Position numbers and translations under genes: made by a program. A model generated the notes under the pieces. That model had not been told where the DNA came from, searched no databases, and was given only the letters and a program-made list of their open reading frames with translations. DNA of 62,291 nucleotides, the filler included, from Sphacelaria rigidula (taxonomy: Eukaryota): assembly GCA_964200075.2 (NCBI GenBank). It is 6 parts of 6 records of this genome, joined end to end, with 100 filler letters (N's around TTAATTAATTAA, not from the genome) between each part and the next. Parts side by side here need not be neighbours in the genome. Positions count along the whole stretch, not along the records: positions 41,597 to 51,894 come from CAXNAA020006765.1; positions 51,995 to 62,291 come from CAXNAA020006766.1; 4 more parts are not named here. One strand, given 5' to 3'. Below are positions 49,475 to 61,941 of this stretch, one piece after another; position 1 is the first letter of the stretch; each line of letters opens with the position of its first letter.

Positions 49475-51894
49475 TGTAACAGGGTACACTGCGGATGATG
49501 ACCCTCACCGTGTAGCCTTTGATATGTAGCCAGTGGGCTGGCTACTGTTGTTTACTTCGTGAATGGAAGCTCTAAGAGAAGTTCTTATCGAGCGTGAGGC
49601 CAGTGGATGCTCGAGAAGTCCCTCACTGAATAGCCCCCTTCTCCAGATCGTCTGGCAGAGGCTATAATATCTAGATATTTCTCGGCACTCTGTTTGGAGG
49701 AGTTTGTGCTGAGGTACGAGACGGGCAGCCGGTACGGTTTGAGCCCAAGGGGATAGTGCTGGAAGCACTTGGTACAAACGAGAGGAGCAGCTTGCAGCGA
49801 GACCAGCGTTTGGAAAAAGCTCCGCTGGCGACGCTCGAGTCAGGCATGGCTCAAGCGACAGCAACACCACTGGTATTGGGTGAGATGTTACATCCGCCGC
49901 AGTATGGTAGTGGAACGAAGCAGCTAGTCGCAAGTTTTTCGGGGCCTATCTCGATTACGAACAGCGGTTGCAAATCGCCAATGAAGAAGGAAGGGTGAGA
50001 CACGCGCAAATGCCAATTGGGCAGTTGATTCCTGCATATATTCGTCAAAGTTTCGAAATCCTGTACACAGACGGACGAACAATGACCGCAGCGGAACTCG
50101 TAGATGCTGTGAAGCAGCATGCTGGTTATACCACCACCAGTGGCCGAGAGGATAAAGCTCGGGCTGCGGCTGATATCAAGCGCATTCTCAAGATGGCTCA
50201 AGACGGACCATTGTCTGTACGGGATAGGGCAATGATAGTCACTTCAAATTTGGCTTTTCAAAACATTTGTCGGTCGAAGCCATGTACAGGGCACGAGACA
50301 GAAGCTGGTTGCCAGGTCCGGCAGAGTCAGTTTCCATTGCCATGGTGGACGGCATTGCGCCTCCGGCGTTTAAGGCTCATGTCAAGACTCTCTTGATGTA
50401 CGAGGAGGGTTGGAAACGAAACCCTACTTTAGTTATGACGATATTTGAGGCTGCTGACAAGTAAAACTTGTAGAATCTGTCGAACGCCGTGATGGTGGGG
50501 CAAATACGGGTGGATCTCGCCGCAAACAAAAACAGCAGCAGCAGTCGTCTGCGCGACGGACATCTACTCGGGCATGCTTCAACTGTGGCGACCAAGGACA
50601 TCTATTACAGGATTGTCCCAAGCCTCGCGCCAAGGGCGCTAATCAAAATAGTCCGCAAGATCAGTCAGGATCCGGCGGCGGTCGTCATGGAGGAAGAGGT
50701 AGAGGTTATGGTGGACGCGGGCGCGGTGGCCGCGGCAGCAATAGAGAGGCGACGGATGGCAAATCCTCCACTACAATATCTTCGGCTGCATCTACAGAAC
50801 CTGCCTCAGGCTCTTCTGGCCCATCTATGCCGGGGCGGGCAGTTTATGTAGGAGGGAGTAGTACTTCGGTGAGTAGTGCTGGAGCGGACAGCTCGCAAAC
50901 CGCCGGCCAGGCTGGATCCGTGTCTGGTATCGCTCCCGCTACTGCGACGGCGGCAACGGCGCCGTCTACATATACGGAATCTTGGTTGGGGTGGAACGCC
51001 GATGCGGTGTCGACGATGCCACTTTCTGGAGCGCAACCTTGGCGACAGGTGACTGTAGCCAACAATCAAGGTTTCCCCCCGACAGGTGTAGTGCCTGTCG
51101 ATCGCACTGCACAATGCCTCCGTGCTGAACTTTCTTTGCCAGGTACGGTAGGATCATTAATGGCACGAGTTATTCTGGACTCTGGGTCCGCGCTTACGCC
51201 TATCAGCGTGGGTTTACTGGCCCAGTTGTCTTTGCTCTGCGGCAACGCTCAATTACAGTTGTCGTTCCAGGACGGTCCCCAAAACGCTCACACCGCTACG
51301 GGAGAGCCCGTGACGGTAACACACAAGACGGCACCAATCTCCGTAAGTGTACGCACTCCGTGGGGGGCTGTGCAGATGCCACCCATCACCTTCGCTGTTA
51401 TGCCCGGTAGAGATGGTGTCATTCTCTTCGGCATGGCAACGATAAAGCAAATCGGCATTGATTTGTATCCTCTGGCGTTGGAGAAGTTACGCCCCCATGC
51501 CGCGCCGGTTCAGACAGACGTTGAAAACTCTAGTTATCTAGCGGCTAGGCGGGTGACCATCTCTGTCGATGCGTTGCAAACTGAGTGTGGGAAGAAAACT
51601 CCTGCGGATGAGGCAGTGGAGAGATTGGTGGACCGGGGCCCGGACATGTCTGTGGACCCTGCAGAAGAGAAGGAGGAGAGAGATCGCGCGCTGGCAGATA
51701 GTGTGCGACAGGCCGAACAGCAGGGCCTGAGCGCCGAGGGCGCTTATCGTCTGCGCGACATTTTGTCTCGTCGAGTAGACACATTTCGACGTGCGCTGTG
51801 CGGTGATCCGCCAGCGCGCGTAGAGCCGATGCGCGTGCAACTCAAGCCGCAGGCGAAGGCTGTAAAGGCCAAGCCAAGGCGATACGATCCGGTG
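49475..51894 (+). mobile_element. Ty3/gypsy LTR retrotransposon, 5' half (LTR, degenerate gag, protease, start of RT)
   Basis: LTR TGTAACA(49475)...TGTTACA(49892); zinc knuckle CFNCGDQGHLLQDC (~50575-50617); protease VILDSGS (~51170); pre-RT segment DPPARVEPMRVQLKP..KAKPRRY; cut by the contig end. Confidence 0.88.
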
Positions 51895-51994
51895 NNNNNN
51901 NNNNNNNNNNNNNNNNNNNNNNNNNNNNNNNNNNNNNNTTAATTAATTAANNNNNNNNNNNNNNNNNNNNNNNNNNNNNNNNNNNNNNNNNNNN
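51895..51994. other. artificial contig linker
   Basis: N44-TTAATTAATTAA-N44. Confidence 0.97.
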
Positions 51995-52100
51995 TCATCA
52001 CGAGTCAACTTAGTTTACTAAAACCAAATAATTTCCTGACGAATCATTATTTGTCCTAACCGTGAAATGTTTCACGAAATATAATGCCACACGACGACAG

Positions 52101-55100
52101 GTGGACTACAGCAAGTGGGCGAATATGCCCTCTTCCCCTTCCTCTTCGGAAGGCGACATCCCCGACAACAGCGCGCGACAATCCACCCCAGTCGATCATC
52201 ACACCCGAGCATCATCGCAGCAGCAACGAACTCTCGACAACAGCCGCACCAACAGCAATTGTCAAGATGGCACTAGTCTGGAGGGTGGCTTTCGGCATCG
52301 TGGCGCCGTCGTGTTTCTCCACGGCTCTGGCGATACAGGGCCGGGAGTAAGACAATGGCTGGAAGCCGCGTCGGGTGGAAAATTCGAGCGAGTTCTCGGT
52401 TCGGAATTAGGTTTGAAGGTCAGAACCTTCCCCGCCCTCCTTGTTGCGTGGTAATTCTAGAGCTATGAAGATGCTGGACGCGCAATGATTTCGGCATTCG
52501 TATATTCTGAAGTATTAGAAACGACGCCTACCGAGACACTCGTCATCCCATCTGGGGAAATACTTCATCTACGGTTGATCACCCTACGCGTGGTATTCAG
52601 CGTAGCTGGAAGTCTGATTTCTACCGTATAAACGATATCGAATCACCCGAGTCACGCACGGTTTTTTCGCGCGCCTCGGCTTTCATGGTCTAAACACATA
52701 CACACCGCCCCACCCCTACCGTGACATGCCCCAGGTGGTATTTCCCACGGCACCCAAGATAGCGTATAGTCTAGCAGGAGGCATGCTTTCCACCGTGTGG
52801 TTCAATAGATCGGCACTATCTCCAGATTCTCCACAAGATCGAGGCGGCGTTTTGCGATCTTTGAGACAGGTGAGGTATCTCCTGTCTATTGAGCGGATTG
52901 TACTTCTTTTTGCCAGTGACATTCCTGGCTGCTGTTGTGCCACAGGAGTACCATCTGCAGTGCAGCCATCGATGTCAGCAACGCAGAAGAAATATTGGAT
53001 GAGGGAGGAATCCCTCCAGGCGTGTTGCCTACGGCACTTAACATCAGTACATGGATACTGAAAGAAAATGTAATGGAAACATTGGCAATTCGAGATTATT
53101 GATGCATACGCTTCTCGTTAATACCACCACTTTGTGTTATACGCAGCTCGGTGTTCTCGATATTCGGAGCACACTCAAAGATTACCGAACTGATGGGGTT
53201 TTGTGAAGTGCTTATTAGCGGTGGCAAGAACGCATGGCTGATATTGCAAAGTACGTTATCCAGCGTAGCCCTCTCGTGTATCCACCCCCACTTCGCTGAC
53301 TATCGATATTTTTATATATATTTTTTACGATATACCAGGTCGAGGACGAGGTCTGTAAACTAGAGGAGCAGGAGGGAGTGCCTAGAAGCGCGATCTTCGT
53401 TGGAGGTAAGCGACGACAGAGCAGAAGGAAACTGTCACATGCGCGTGTCTTGGTGAGGTACTGCCGCTGATTACGTGTTTGCTGTTGCGTTTAGCAGAGT
53501 GCTCGGCGACACTCCCATGATGCAAAGTCTATGCGCTATCCGAAGGATAGGATTCATGCCAGTATGTACCAGACGTGGTGCTTTACACTGCACCTCCACA
53601 ATACCACTACCTTGAAGCTCGTGCGTTTGACATAACACATTCGCCTGTCGCCGTCGCCGCGGTCGCCGGTTCACCCCGCCGCCTGTCGAAACATTTTCTG
53701 GGTACGCCGAAATAGGGGCTCACGCACACACTTACCGGGTCACCTTGTGTTGCCTATGTTGTTGCCGCACGAGGGACATGTCGCTAATCTTCCCCCTCGT
53801 TGGCCTTCTGTTATTCCTTGTAAAATCACTGTCTATGCCGCTGGCTGTTTAGCGTGTATGTTCACGTGTATTTTTGCGCTTTGGTGGGCGTGATGGTTTC
53901 TGCTACAATGCTTGTGAAGGGTTCTCTATGGGCGGCTGTCTTGCGCTGGAGGTGCTGGGGAGCGAAGCGTTGGCCGGACGACTGGCGGGTGTATTCAGTC
54001 ATGCCAGCTTCCTTAGCGACGACTCTGCTGTGTAAGTATGCAAAAGCGACATATATTTGTCATTGCACGGAGTACACGTAGGTGCTTCAAAATGTTTGCA
54101 GATGTCGTTACTTTTCTACCGTTTGAATGAAAGACCATGCTGTCATTGATCCAGATATACACTCCGTTAACATGTATACTTTGATGCGCACGGATATGCT
54201 AGTCTTGTGCTCTGCAAGTCGGTGTTCTAGCAGTACGGTGTTGGTATTCTCCGCCTTCTGGACAAAACGCAGGAAAAATTCAGTCGGGAGCATGTGGCTT
54301 GCCAGGGGAAAATGAAGGTAATCCAGGAGGGCTGTGCTGGATGCGCATGTGTCGCCACTGTTTGACGGTATTAGCGGTATTTGCAACAGGTTATCCTTGT
54401 GAAGTGCTGGGCTTGTTTCGTGTCATGGTTTGTTGTACCTCGTGTGCGTGATCGATGAGCTGATACGGCCACAACTCTGGTACACTATGGCGTAGTCTTG
54501 CGTTGTTGTATATCACGCGTTCTACGGTGAATTCCCGTACTACAGCATCTAAACATTACTGCATTGCAACTGAATGCTGCGTTGTCCAAGACTGCTGTGG
54601 AAAGCAGAAGAATGCTTCGAGTCAAGGTGAGCCGACAATGGCATCGCACCACATGGGTGGTCGTGCCAAGGGCCAAACACAAAATTTTGTATCATGAATA
54701 CCTGAGCTTTCGGTTGCACTGGTAGATGACGAGTTTGAGGTCTTCTACCCTTGTTGCACGCATCGCATGATCATGCGCGTGTACACGAACACAGTGCCGG
54801 GTCTAATACGCACAGTAAAATTGCACACCCTGGACAAGGACAATGGATTACATCGTCTAGAAGTGTACTGGGTACGATATCGACTATTGCATCCATTGCA
54901 ATAGACATAAGATTCCATTCTGTACGCAGTACAATTTTTGGCACTCCAATCTTTTGTCCAGGGTGTGATAACTTTTGCCTTGTATGTTTCAAGGCGTGGA
55001 CCCTACCACATGTGCCTCTCTCCTTTTACTCACGACTTTAACAGATTCGAGACGGCAGAGGTGATGACAACACCTGTGTATTCATCCCACGGAGGCAGTG

Positions 55101-57477
55101 ATGACATGGTACGGGCCTCCTGGGGACGGTCAACGACTGAAAGATTAAGGCGCATAGCAGGACTTGGCGAGCTGCACTTTACGGAGCACGATGGACTGGG
55201 TCATGAGCTGGGCGAGGATCAGGTGAGTACCACGAACACCATAAATCCCATATAGAAGGGCATCTCTCGTTGAGTCGCACGAAGCGTAAATATTCGATTC
55301 AATTCAATTGAGAGAGCCACGCAATGAAGAATGCGAAGGCGGACAGTGCGGTTCTTCGCTTCCTCTGCTGAAAATAAGCTAGTATTACGAGCAAACGATA
55401 ACTATGCCAAAGAGATGATGGATTGCGTGCTTGTGACTGTATTGCATTACAGTGGCTGATTCGTTCACACGCAAATCCATTACTGCCAACAAGTTTCGAG
55501 CACAGCGCGCTAGAAGTAGGCCGATACATCCCGGCAAAAGTGGTTTCCTAAGATACATTTATTCCCGCAATGTGGTTCAGTCATGGTTCAGCCAAAGTCT
55601 CCAACCTCCACGATCAGCCTCACTCTTGTTCTGCTCCATGTCTGTCATACCCTCGGCAGTTCTCGACTTTTCTAATGTTGAATGAAATCGGTCGCACACA
55701 CCTGTACCGCAGATCGCGGGACTGCTCGATTGGATATCGACCATCGCCAAGCGACCAGACTTTGGCCAATCAGCGCGCCCAACGGAGCCTGTTGGGAGCG
55801 GGGCGGTATCTTCTCCCGGGCGCGACGCTCCACGAGGTTCGATTTTTATCGTGTGGTAATTGATGCCATACAGGCTGGTTCACGCTCATCACCCATAATT
55901 GTGTCATGAGTAATTGCCTTTCATAATACCTACCCATAAGTCGCAAATATAATCTCATACTGACGACCATGAACAGCTGAAGAGCGTGACATAGCCGGAT
56001 TTATGTGTAAGGCCATAGTGGTGGCGCTAAGAGCGAAAAAGTAACTCGACCAATCAGCGCCTTTCAAATTGTTCTAAAAATCGAAAATACGGATCCCAAG
56101 GTCAACTTTTACCCAATCTCCACATGCTTCAACTCAAAGTCACGGTCATCAGCTCGGGAATCTAACGGGGAAAAAACAGATTTGACAACGGGTACTACAG
56201 GGTGGAATAATACTCGAAACCGTAGTGTTCCAGTCATGCGGGGTTTTAGCGTATTCTAATTTCCACTGATGATACGCACGAAAGATTCAGGGAGCCTCAC
56301 GGTGATTTTCCTCACGGTGATTTTCCTCACGGTGATTTTCCTTGTATCTGTCGTAGAAAAGCACAGATCGCCCTCAACCTTGACGGTTCCGTAGGTATTG
56401 ATGCTCCGAATGGAAGATTTGTATTCTTGACAATATTTCATAGTTTCTCCGTTCTCTACCAGCTTCCGAGGGTCACAGTGTGAAGACCCTCCTGAAGGCG
56501 GTGCAGAACGCCTCACAAGAAGAAAAATGATGTGTCCCGGGGTAGTCCAAGGAACATATGTACGAAGTTTGGTAGAGAAAATCGAAAACCTCATACACTT
56601 TTTCTCGCCTTGACGTTAAATGCACCCCCAGGAGACACAAAAAAACTGAAAAAAGTAGTCAGGAGTTCGCACGTTTCCAGTTCACGTCATCGCACAAACG
56701 CGCAAAACTCCACGTCGATTTTAGGAATTGAACCCAGAAACTATGCCCAAATGTGCCATGGGTCATTACGCAACTTCGGTGGACGAGGTTTGTTTACTTG
56801 TGAACCTTTCCACCGTTTTCCGGGGGTCCGACGGATCCCAAGTTTCCCCCCACAACCTGGTATCCCCTAAAAACGGTGAAAAAAGCACATGATCAAAAAA
56901 CCCTTGACCTTCGAAAGTTGCGCAATGATCCATAGCAACTTATACAAAGTTTCAGGTTCTAACTCCTAAAATTTGCATGAAGATCGATAAGCATGAACCA
57001 GCCTGTAGCTTTCTGTGGTGTCAGATGCGTCTACAGTGAGCGAAGTGAGCGTAAAGTGCCGGGTGTAGATGTTGCTGAGATGATTGGCGCGGTTTCACCC
57101 GTGTGTCGTGGTGCCACGGTGGTGCCAATATGCACCGCTGATTGTGTACTAACTCGCATGCGCATCAGAATCTACGCTCCCCAGTTGTGGACATGCTTTT
57201 TTTCAACGTTCGTGCAGCGGAGCTCGGCCATCGTTGCTGTCTCATTTGATAGCTTTCTCCCCCAACGACCCCGGCGTGCAATGTTTGGTTTTTCTCATCG
57301 TCACTATATGCGTCACCCCCTACTCCCCCTCACACATCGCCCCGCCAACCACATTTCTACGCGCGTTTACTCCCCTGCTCGCAGAGCCGCGGTGCACCGT
57401 AGATTACGAAATTACCGAACTGGGTGGATGCAAGTCTCGAGCGCTCTTCGAGGTGCCCCCGGGGAGGTGAGACGTGA
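52101..57477 (+). CDS. LYPLAL1: lysophospholipase-like / acyl-protein thioesterase (Abhydrolase_2); exons 52101-52418, 52735-52869, 53339-53405, 53920-54031, 55045-55222, probable last exon 57403-57477
   Basis: Phase-consistent AG/GT exons give FLHGSGDTG, FPTAP..VWFNR, IFVGGFSMGG (nucleophile Ser), HGGSDDMV (Asp), GLGHEL (His), ITKLPNWVDASL. The last exon and the start codon are less certain. Confidence 0.85.
56295..56339. repeat. 15-bp tandem repeat x3 in intronic repeat DNA
   Basis: CCTCACGGTGATTTT three exact times. Confidence 0.9.
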
Positions 57478-59789
57478 CCTCGATGTCTACGCCACGCTTG
57501 AGACTGTTGCGGGCAGAATACGTCTGTTCTCGTTCGTCTTTCGTATTTCAAACAGCTTTGTTCCTCTCCAAGCCTTGTACGCTTCAACCGTCTCCTGTTC
57601 ATCTTACAGTAGTGTTACACCCGTGTGACTGGGAAGCACGTGGTAGGCATTAATAAAATAACGGCACCGTTCGGTTAGAAGTAATACCCCCCGATGCGTC
57701 AAGAGCGGGGCTCCCATGCTACCCCGATTTCATGGGCGCTGCCACAGTGGTACGTTCAATTTTCTATTGAGTGCATCGGAAGTCTGTTATTAGCACCTGG
57801 ACCGCTTAGAATCGGTATGATGAATGAAATGGCCATCGCGCTGTTTTCCCGTCACATTTCCTTGCAACTCTCGTGTTATCGGGCCACAGCGAGGATCTGC
57901 TGAGCGGAGCGAGTATTTGCGCGAGAGGTGGCTTCTTCCAACTCGAGAAAACACCTACTCCCGTAAGTACCGTTCGTGCTTGCTAAATATACGCCACTTT
58001 CTAGTTCTTAGACACGGGAGTTGAGCGCTCGCTCGCTAGGCGCCCAGTCTCTGGCGCTCCCTTGACTGAATGCGTCACGTGTCTGTCCTTATTCGGGGGG
58101 AATACTTACGGCATGCCTTGAATTTTCGGATTATCTTTTCTGTTTGGGTCCGACGAAGAGCAACCACGTGCCAATGTCGCGGAGTCTACCCCCCCCGTCT
58201 TGCGAACGTGACGTGATATTATTGTATACTCCCGCGTATCAAGTGGGGTCTATGTTCAACAGGTGTGCAGTACGTATGCCCATGGGGCACTGCAATCGAA
58301 GGTGCTAGGGCGGGGCGTACGTGAAGACGTTTGGTTTTTCAATCATATTCCGGTTGTGTCCTTCATTCTGTTTTTTTTGTCTTGTTCTTGTAAAGATTAT
58401 GCGCACAACACCGGCGCACGCACATGGGCATCGCATTTTTGCCACGTACCCGTAGTACGTCTGTGCTTCATTGTCGAACATCTGCTGACTACCATTGACG
58501 GTGAATGGTGATTGAAACCTCCCTCCACTCCCTTCCTTCGCGTTGCACGAAACAGGGCAGGGTGACGACGTCATTTGTGAGTCCGAAGCCGCATCTCACG
58601 GCAGAGGCCATCGCCCGCAGAATAGAGCAGCGTTTGCTCGATCCGAGACCTCCTGGCATGGAAGAGGCTTGCTGCTTGTCATGACGGGCAATTGCCACCT
58701 ATCATGATTATCAATGGATCACTACTTGTAAAAATAAGTTCGCTTGCATCTGTGCGTCGTCTGGTTTGATGTGAAGGGCTGCTTGACTGATGGGGCGGGA
58801 TGTGGGCGGGGGGTGGGAAGACCGATATTCACGGCATTTGAGAAGTACAGTGCATGCTGGCACTTGTCGCAAACGTCCAAAACTGGAGCTGAAGGCGTGT
58901 TCATGCAGTACAAGAAACAGAGCAAAAATCAAGAACGTTGAACGTTGTGCGGTGACTATGCTTGCTCATGTGTTTGGAAGAGGGACCCACGGACAGCGGG
59001 CACACTCCCACGGTGCCTAGGACTGTGGGGGTACGGGCAATTCCTTCCTACCCTGTGTGACTTCATTGGATGAATTATGCGTGTCATTAATAGGGGTTGA
59101 ACGGATTTCGCTGAGGAGCAAGACTGGGATGTGTAGATGATTATGCAGGACAGTACCTCGTACCCAGTAAGATGTTTGGCAATAACCCGGACAGGGATGG
59201 ACAATAGGAGCACTTCAAGGCGGACAAGTCTTGGGCTTGTAAGTAGGCGTGTCAGGTATGAAAATGTGCAACTGGCAGTCAAATTTTGTTCGTAACCCTC
59301 GTTGAGCCCTCCCCAACCGTAATACTCGAACTAGGATAAATCATGTTCACGTCCTGGGTTTTGGTGTCCGAAAGGAAAACATATTTTGCCGCGTCGGTAT
59401 CTACACCCCATCGCCCAAGCAGCTCCACATCTTGCTGCGCCGTCCGCATACCACAAAACGTTGACCTTTCCCTCATCCAGGAACAAGCGATTACAGAAGT
59501 TCGGATAGTGTCCTCGGCTTCATACCATGCGGATGTTATTGTTGTAGCCGGTGCAGGCGGGATATGCGAGTGTCTAAAACCTACAAAGTAAGGCACGGCT
59601 ACTACATTGTAGTATTAGTGAAGACAGGAGTGAACAAGATGGGTTTCGTGAGGTTGGGGTCATTTTTGCTTTTTGGCGTTGTCCAGATAAATATGGTGGG
59701 TGTGTTGCGTGTGCGTCTTTCTGTTGGGCGCATGCTATCCGGTAGGACTGAGCGCTTTCGCTGTACTGTCCCTCTTTAGATATGCATGC

Positions 59790-60232
59790 GAGTCGGTTCT
59801 TATCCGTTGCTGGGACTAACCATCGCGATGACGTGATAACCGTTCCTGGGGACGGAAGAGCCCACGTTGACGCTGACACCAGTCCCAGATCACAACGGCA
59901 CGACTTGGGTCGATGCGGAGAGACTCGGGAACCATTTCCGGGGAGAAAGGGATATGGTCGTTGTGGTGTCCGTGAACGGCCAATGCGCGAATAAAGAGCC
60001 GAATGTGTGGGCATCATGGTTGGAGTTGGCGTGTAGGTTTCCTTGCCCGCAGTGTGCCGAATCAGGTACAGTGTGGGAATCGATGGCCCAGGATAGGTAC
60101 TTTGTGGGCTGACCGGTGGCCTAGATAGGGCACCATTGAGAAAGAGTTCCTGGATCAGGTATACCTGGCGAACATTTGGCCTAGAAAGGGGAAGTGGTTT
60201 CTGGAGGCGAGATGTCCTTTTGTGCATGGCGG
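59790..60232 (-). mobile_element. repeat family A copy, interrupted by the LTR element
   Basis: Colinear with 9830-10240; homology ends at about 60232. Confidence 0.75.
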
Positions 60233-60551
60233 TGTTAATCGATTATACTTACGCTCCAGGATCTTATATGAAGACTGGATCATGACATACAGGGGAAATA
60301 CGAATAAGAGATGCAATTCTGTTGATTGAGGTATACCCGATCTAGTGCTTGCAGTACAAATCTACTGGGGGCAGACGCCATCTCACGTGCCGAAAATACG
60401 GGATCATGACGTGTGATTGTGTATGAGCGATTTCCCGCCTCCACTTGATCCAGTAAGTGAGAAGTGTGTTTTCGGTATGTGCGTATTATGTGTGAGTGGG
60501 CAAATACGAGAGTGAATTAATTACATAAATGATACCTGGTCTCAACTGGCC

Positions 60552-61478
60552 ATGGCAGGCCTACAACTTCCCGCGACAATGCACCCGGTGCATGAGGCTT
60601 CCTATTATGCTAGCATGACCTGGGTCAAGGCTCATGTACGGAATGCTAGGGATTTACATACCGTAGGCTTTATTCTACAGGGGTGTGAGGAGTACGCAAC
60701 AGACGAGCAATTCAATCTAGTCTTCGTGGAAACCGGCGTGCTCGAATATTTACTCAAGAAAGCGTGGGCCGAGGTGACCAAAAATTGGATAATGGAGGAG
60801 TATCAAGAAGCCCTTCAACAAGGCGAGGCTCGATTTTTATGGAGAAAATTAATAAAAGGATACATCGGCGAGCAAACGAAACAGCTACAAGAGCTGCGTC
60901 AGCAAAGTCAAGCACAGGACAAGGAACCAAGCCTGGGAGCGCGCGCGTCAGCCACACAAGCAACGGCCCCCCAGCAGCGCATTTCACCTAAGACTATGAC
61001 GGAAGTTCAAGACGCACGTCTGCGCACGAACAATCAAGCCCAGATCGGACAGTCTGGCACACCAAGGGTACGGTTTCACGACAGCGAGGATAACAACAGC
61101 AGCAGCAACAACAACAACAACAACAACGACGACGACAACAACGACAACAACAGCAGCAACAACAACAACGACGACGACGACAACAACGAAAACAATGATA
61201 ACAACGACGACTACTGCAAGCAAAACGGCAACAACAACACGGACGACAGGAGCAGCACCAGCAAGGCTGACACGATTGTCGAACTTGGAAAAGGCCGGCG
61301 AAACACCGATACGATTCTGGACTTGGAACATCCTTTCGATCGCGGGAAAAGCGCGAGGGTGGTGGACGTACAACAGCAGCAGCTAGGGGGTGCCGGACAT
61401 CGGGGCCTTGAAAAGGGCCGAAGGCACGTGTTGTACTCAACGACCATTGATGTAGAGTGTTGCGTGTGTACGAGTTGA
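60552..61478 (+). CDS. intronless 308-aa orphan ORF inside the LTR-like element (helical N-half, N/D microsatellite tract, PFDRGK motif)
   Basis: ATG-initiated, uninterrupted, 27 nt after the LTR-like end; (AAC/GAC)n in frame at ~61090-61240. Confidence 0.5.
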   Translation: MAGLQLPATMHPVHEASYYASMTWVKAHVRNARDLHTVGFILQGCEEYATDEQFNLVFVETGVLEYLLKKAWAEVTKNWIMEEYQEALQQGEARFLWRKLIKGYIGEQTKQLQELRQQSQAQDKEPSLGARASATQATAPQQRISPKTMTEVQDARLRTNNQAQIGQSGTPRVRFHDSEDNNSSSNNNNNNNDDDNNDNNSSNNNNDDDDNNENNDNNDDYCKQNGNNNTDDRSSTSKADTIVELGKGRRNTDTILDLEHPFDRGKSARVVDVQQQQLGGAGHRGLEKGRRHVLYSTTIDVECCVCTS

Positions 61479-61816
61479 ATTTGCGCGTGAAGCTTCCAAT
61501 TACATGAGTCATCATGTTTGTTTCGATCGAGATCGACTTTTTCTTTTTCGAAAATATTCCGTCTCGTTGTTCGCAGCAACGTGACATCCCAACCATGTGA
61601 AACGTACCGTGGTTGCATTTTTTGTTTGATCGTTCTAGTTTTCGTTCTCTACGCCCTACGAAGTACTACCGTAGTTTGGTTATGATTTTTAAAACTTGAT
61701 CCTCCACATGATTGCGATGATTTTTTGAATTATCGAGAAAGAAAATAATGGGGGGGGGGAGAATTGACTATTTGCTTCCATGATTCTCTTTTCGGGTAAT
61801 TAAAAACGAAGAAAAC

Positions 61817-61941
61817 TCATGTGATGGGGTTATCCACAGCGGAGTATTTTGGAAGAAAAATCATGTGATGGGGTTATCCACAGCGGAGTATTTTGGGAGA
61901 AAAATCATGTGATGGGATGATCCACGGCGGGGTATTTTGGA
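61817..61941. repeat. 44-bp tandem repeat x3
   Basis: TCATGTGATGGG(G/A)T(T/G)ATCCAC(A/G)GCGG(A/G)GTATTTTGG starting at 61817, 61861, 61905. Confidence 0.9.

Noticed and set aside
61830-61882. TTATCCACA DnaA boxes suggesting a bacterial or plasmid origin
   Set aside because: Two copies arise only from a 44-bp tandem duplication inside an LTR-like element; no bacterial genes nearby.
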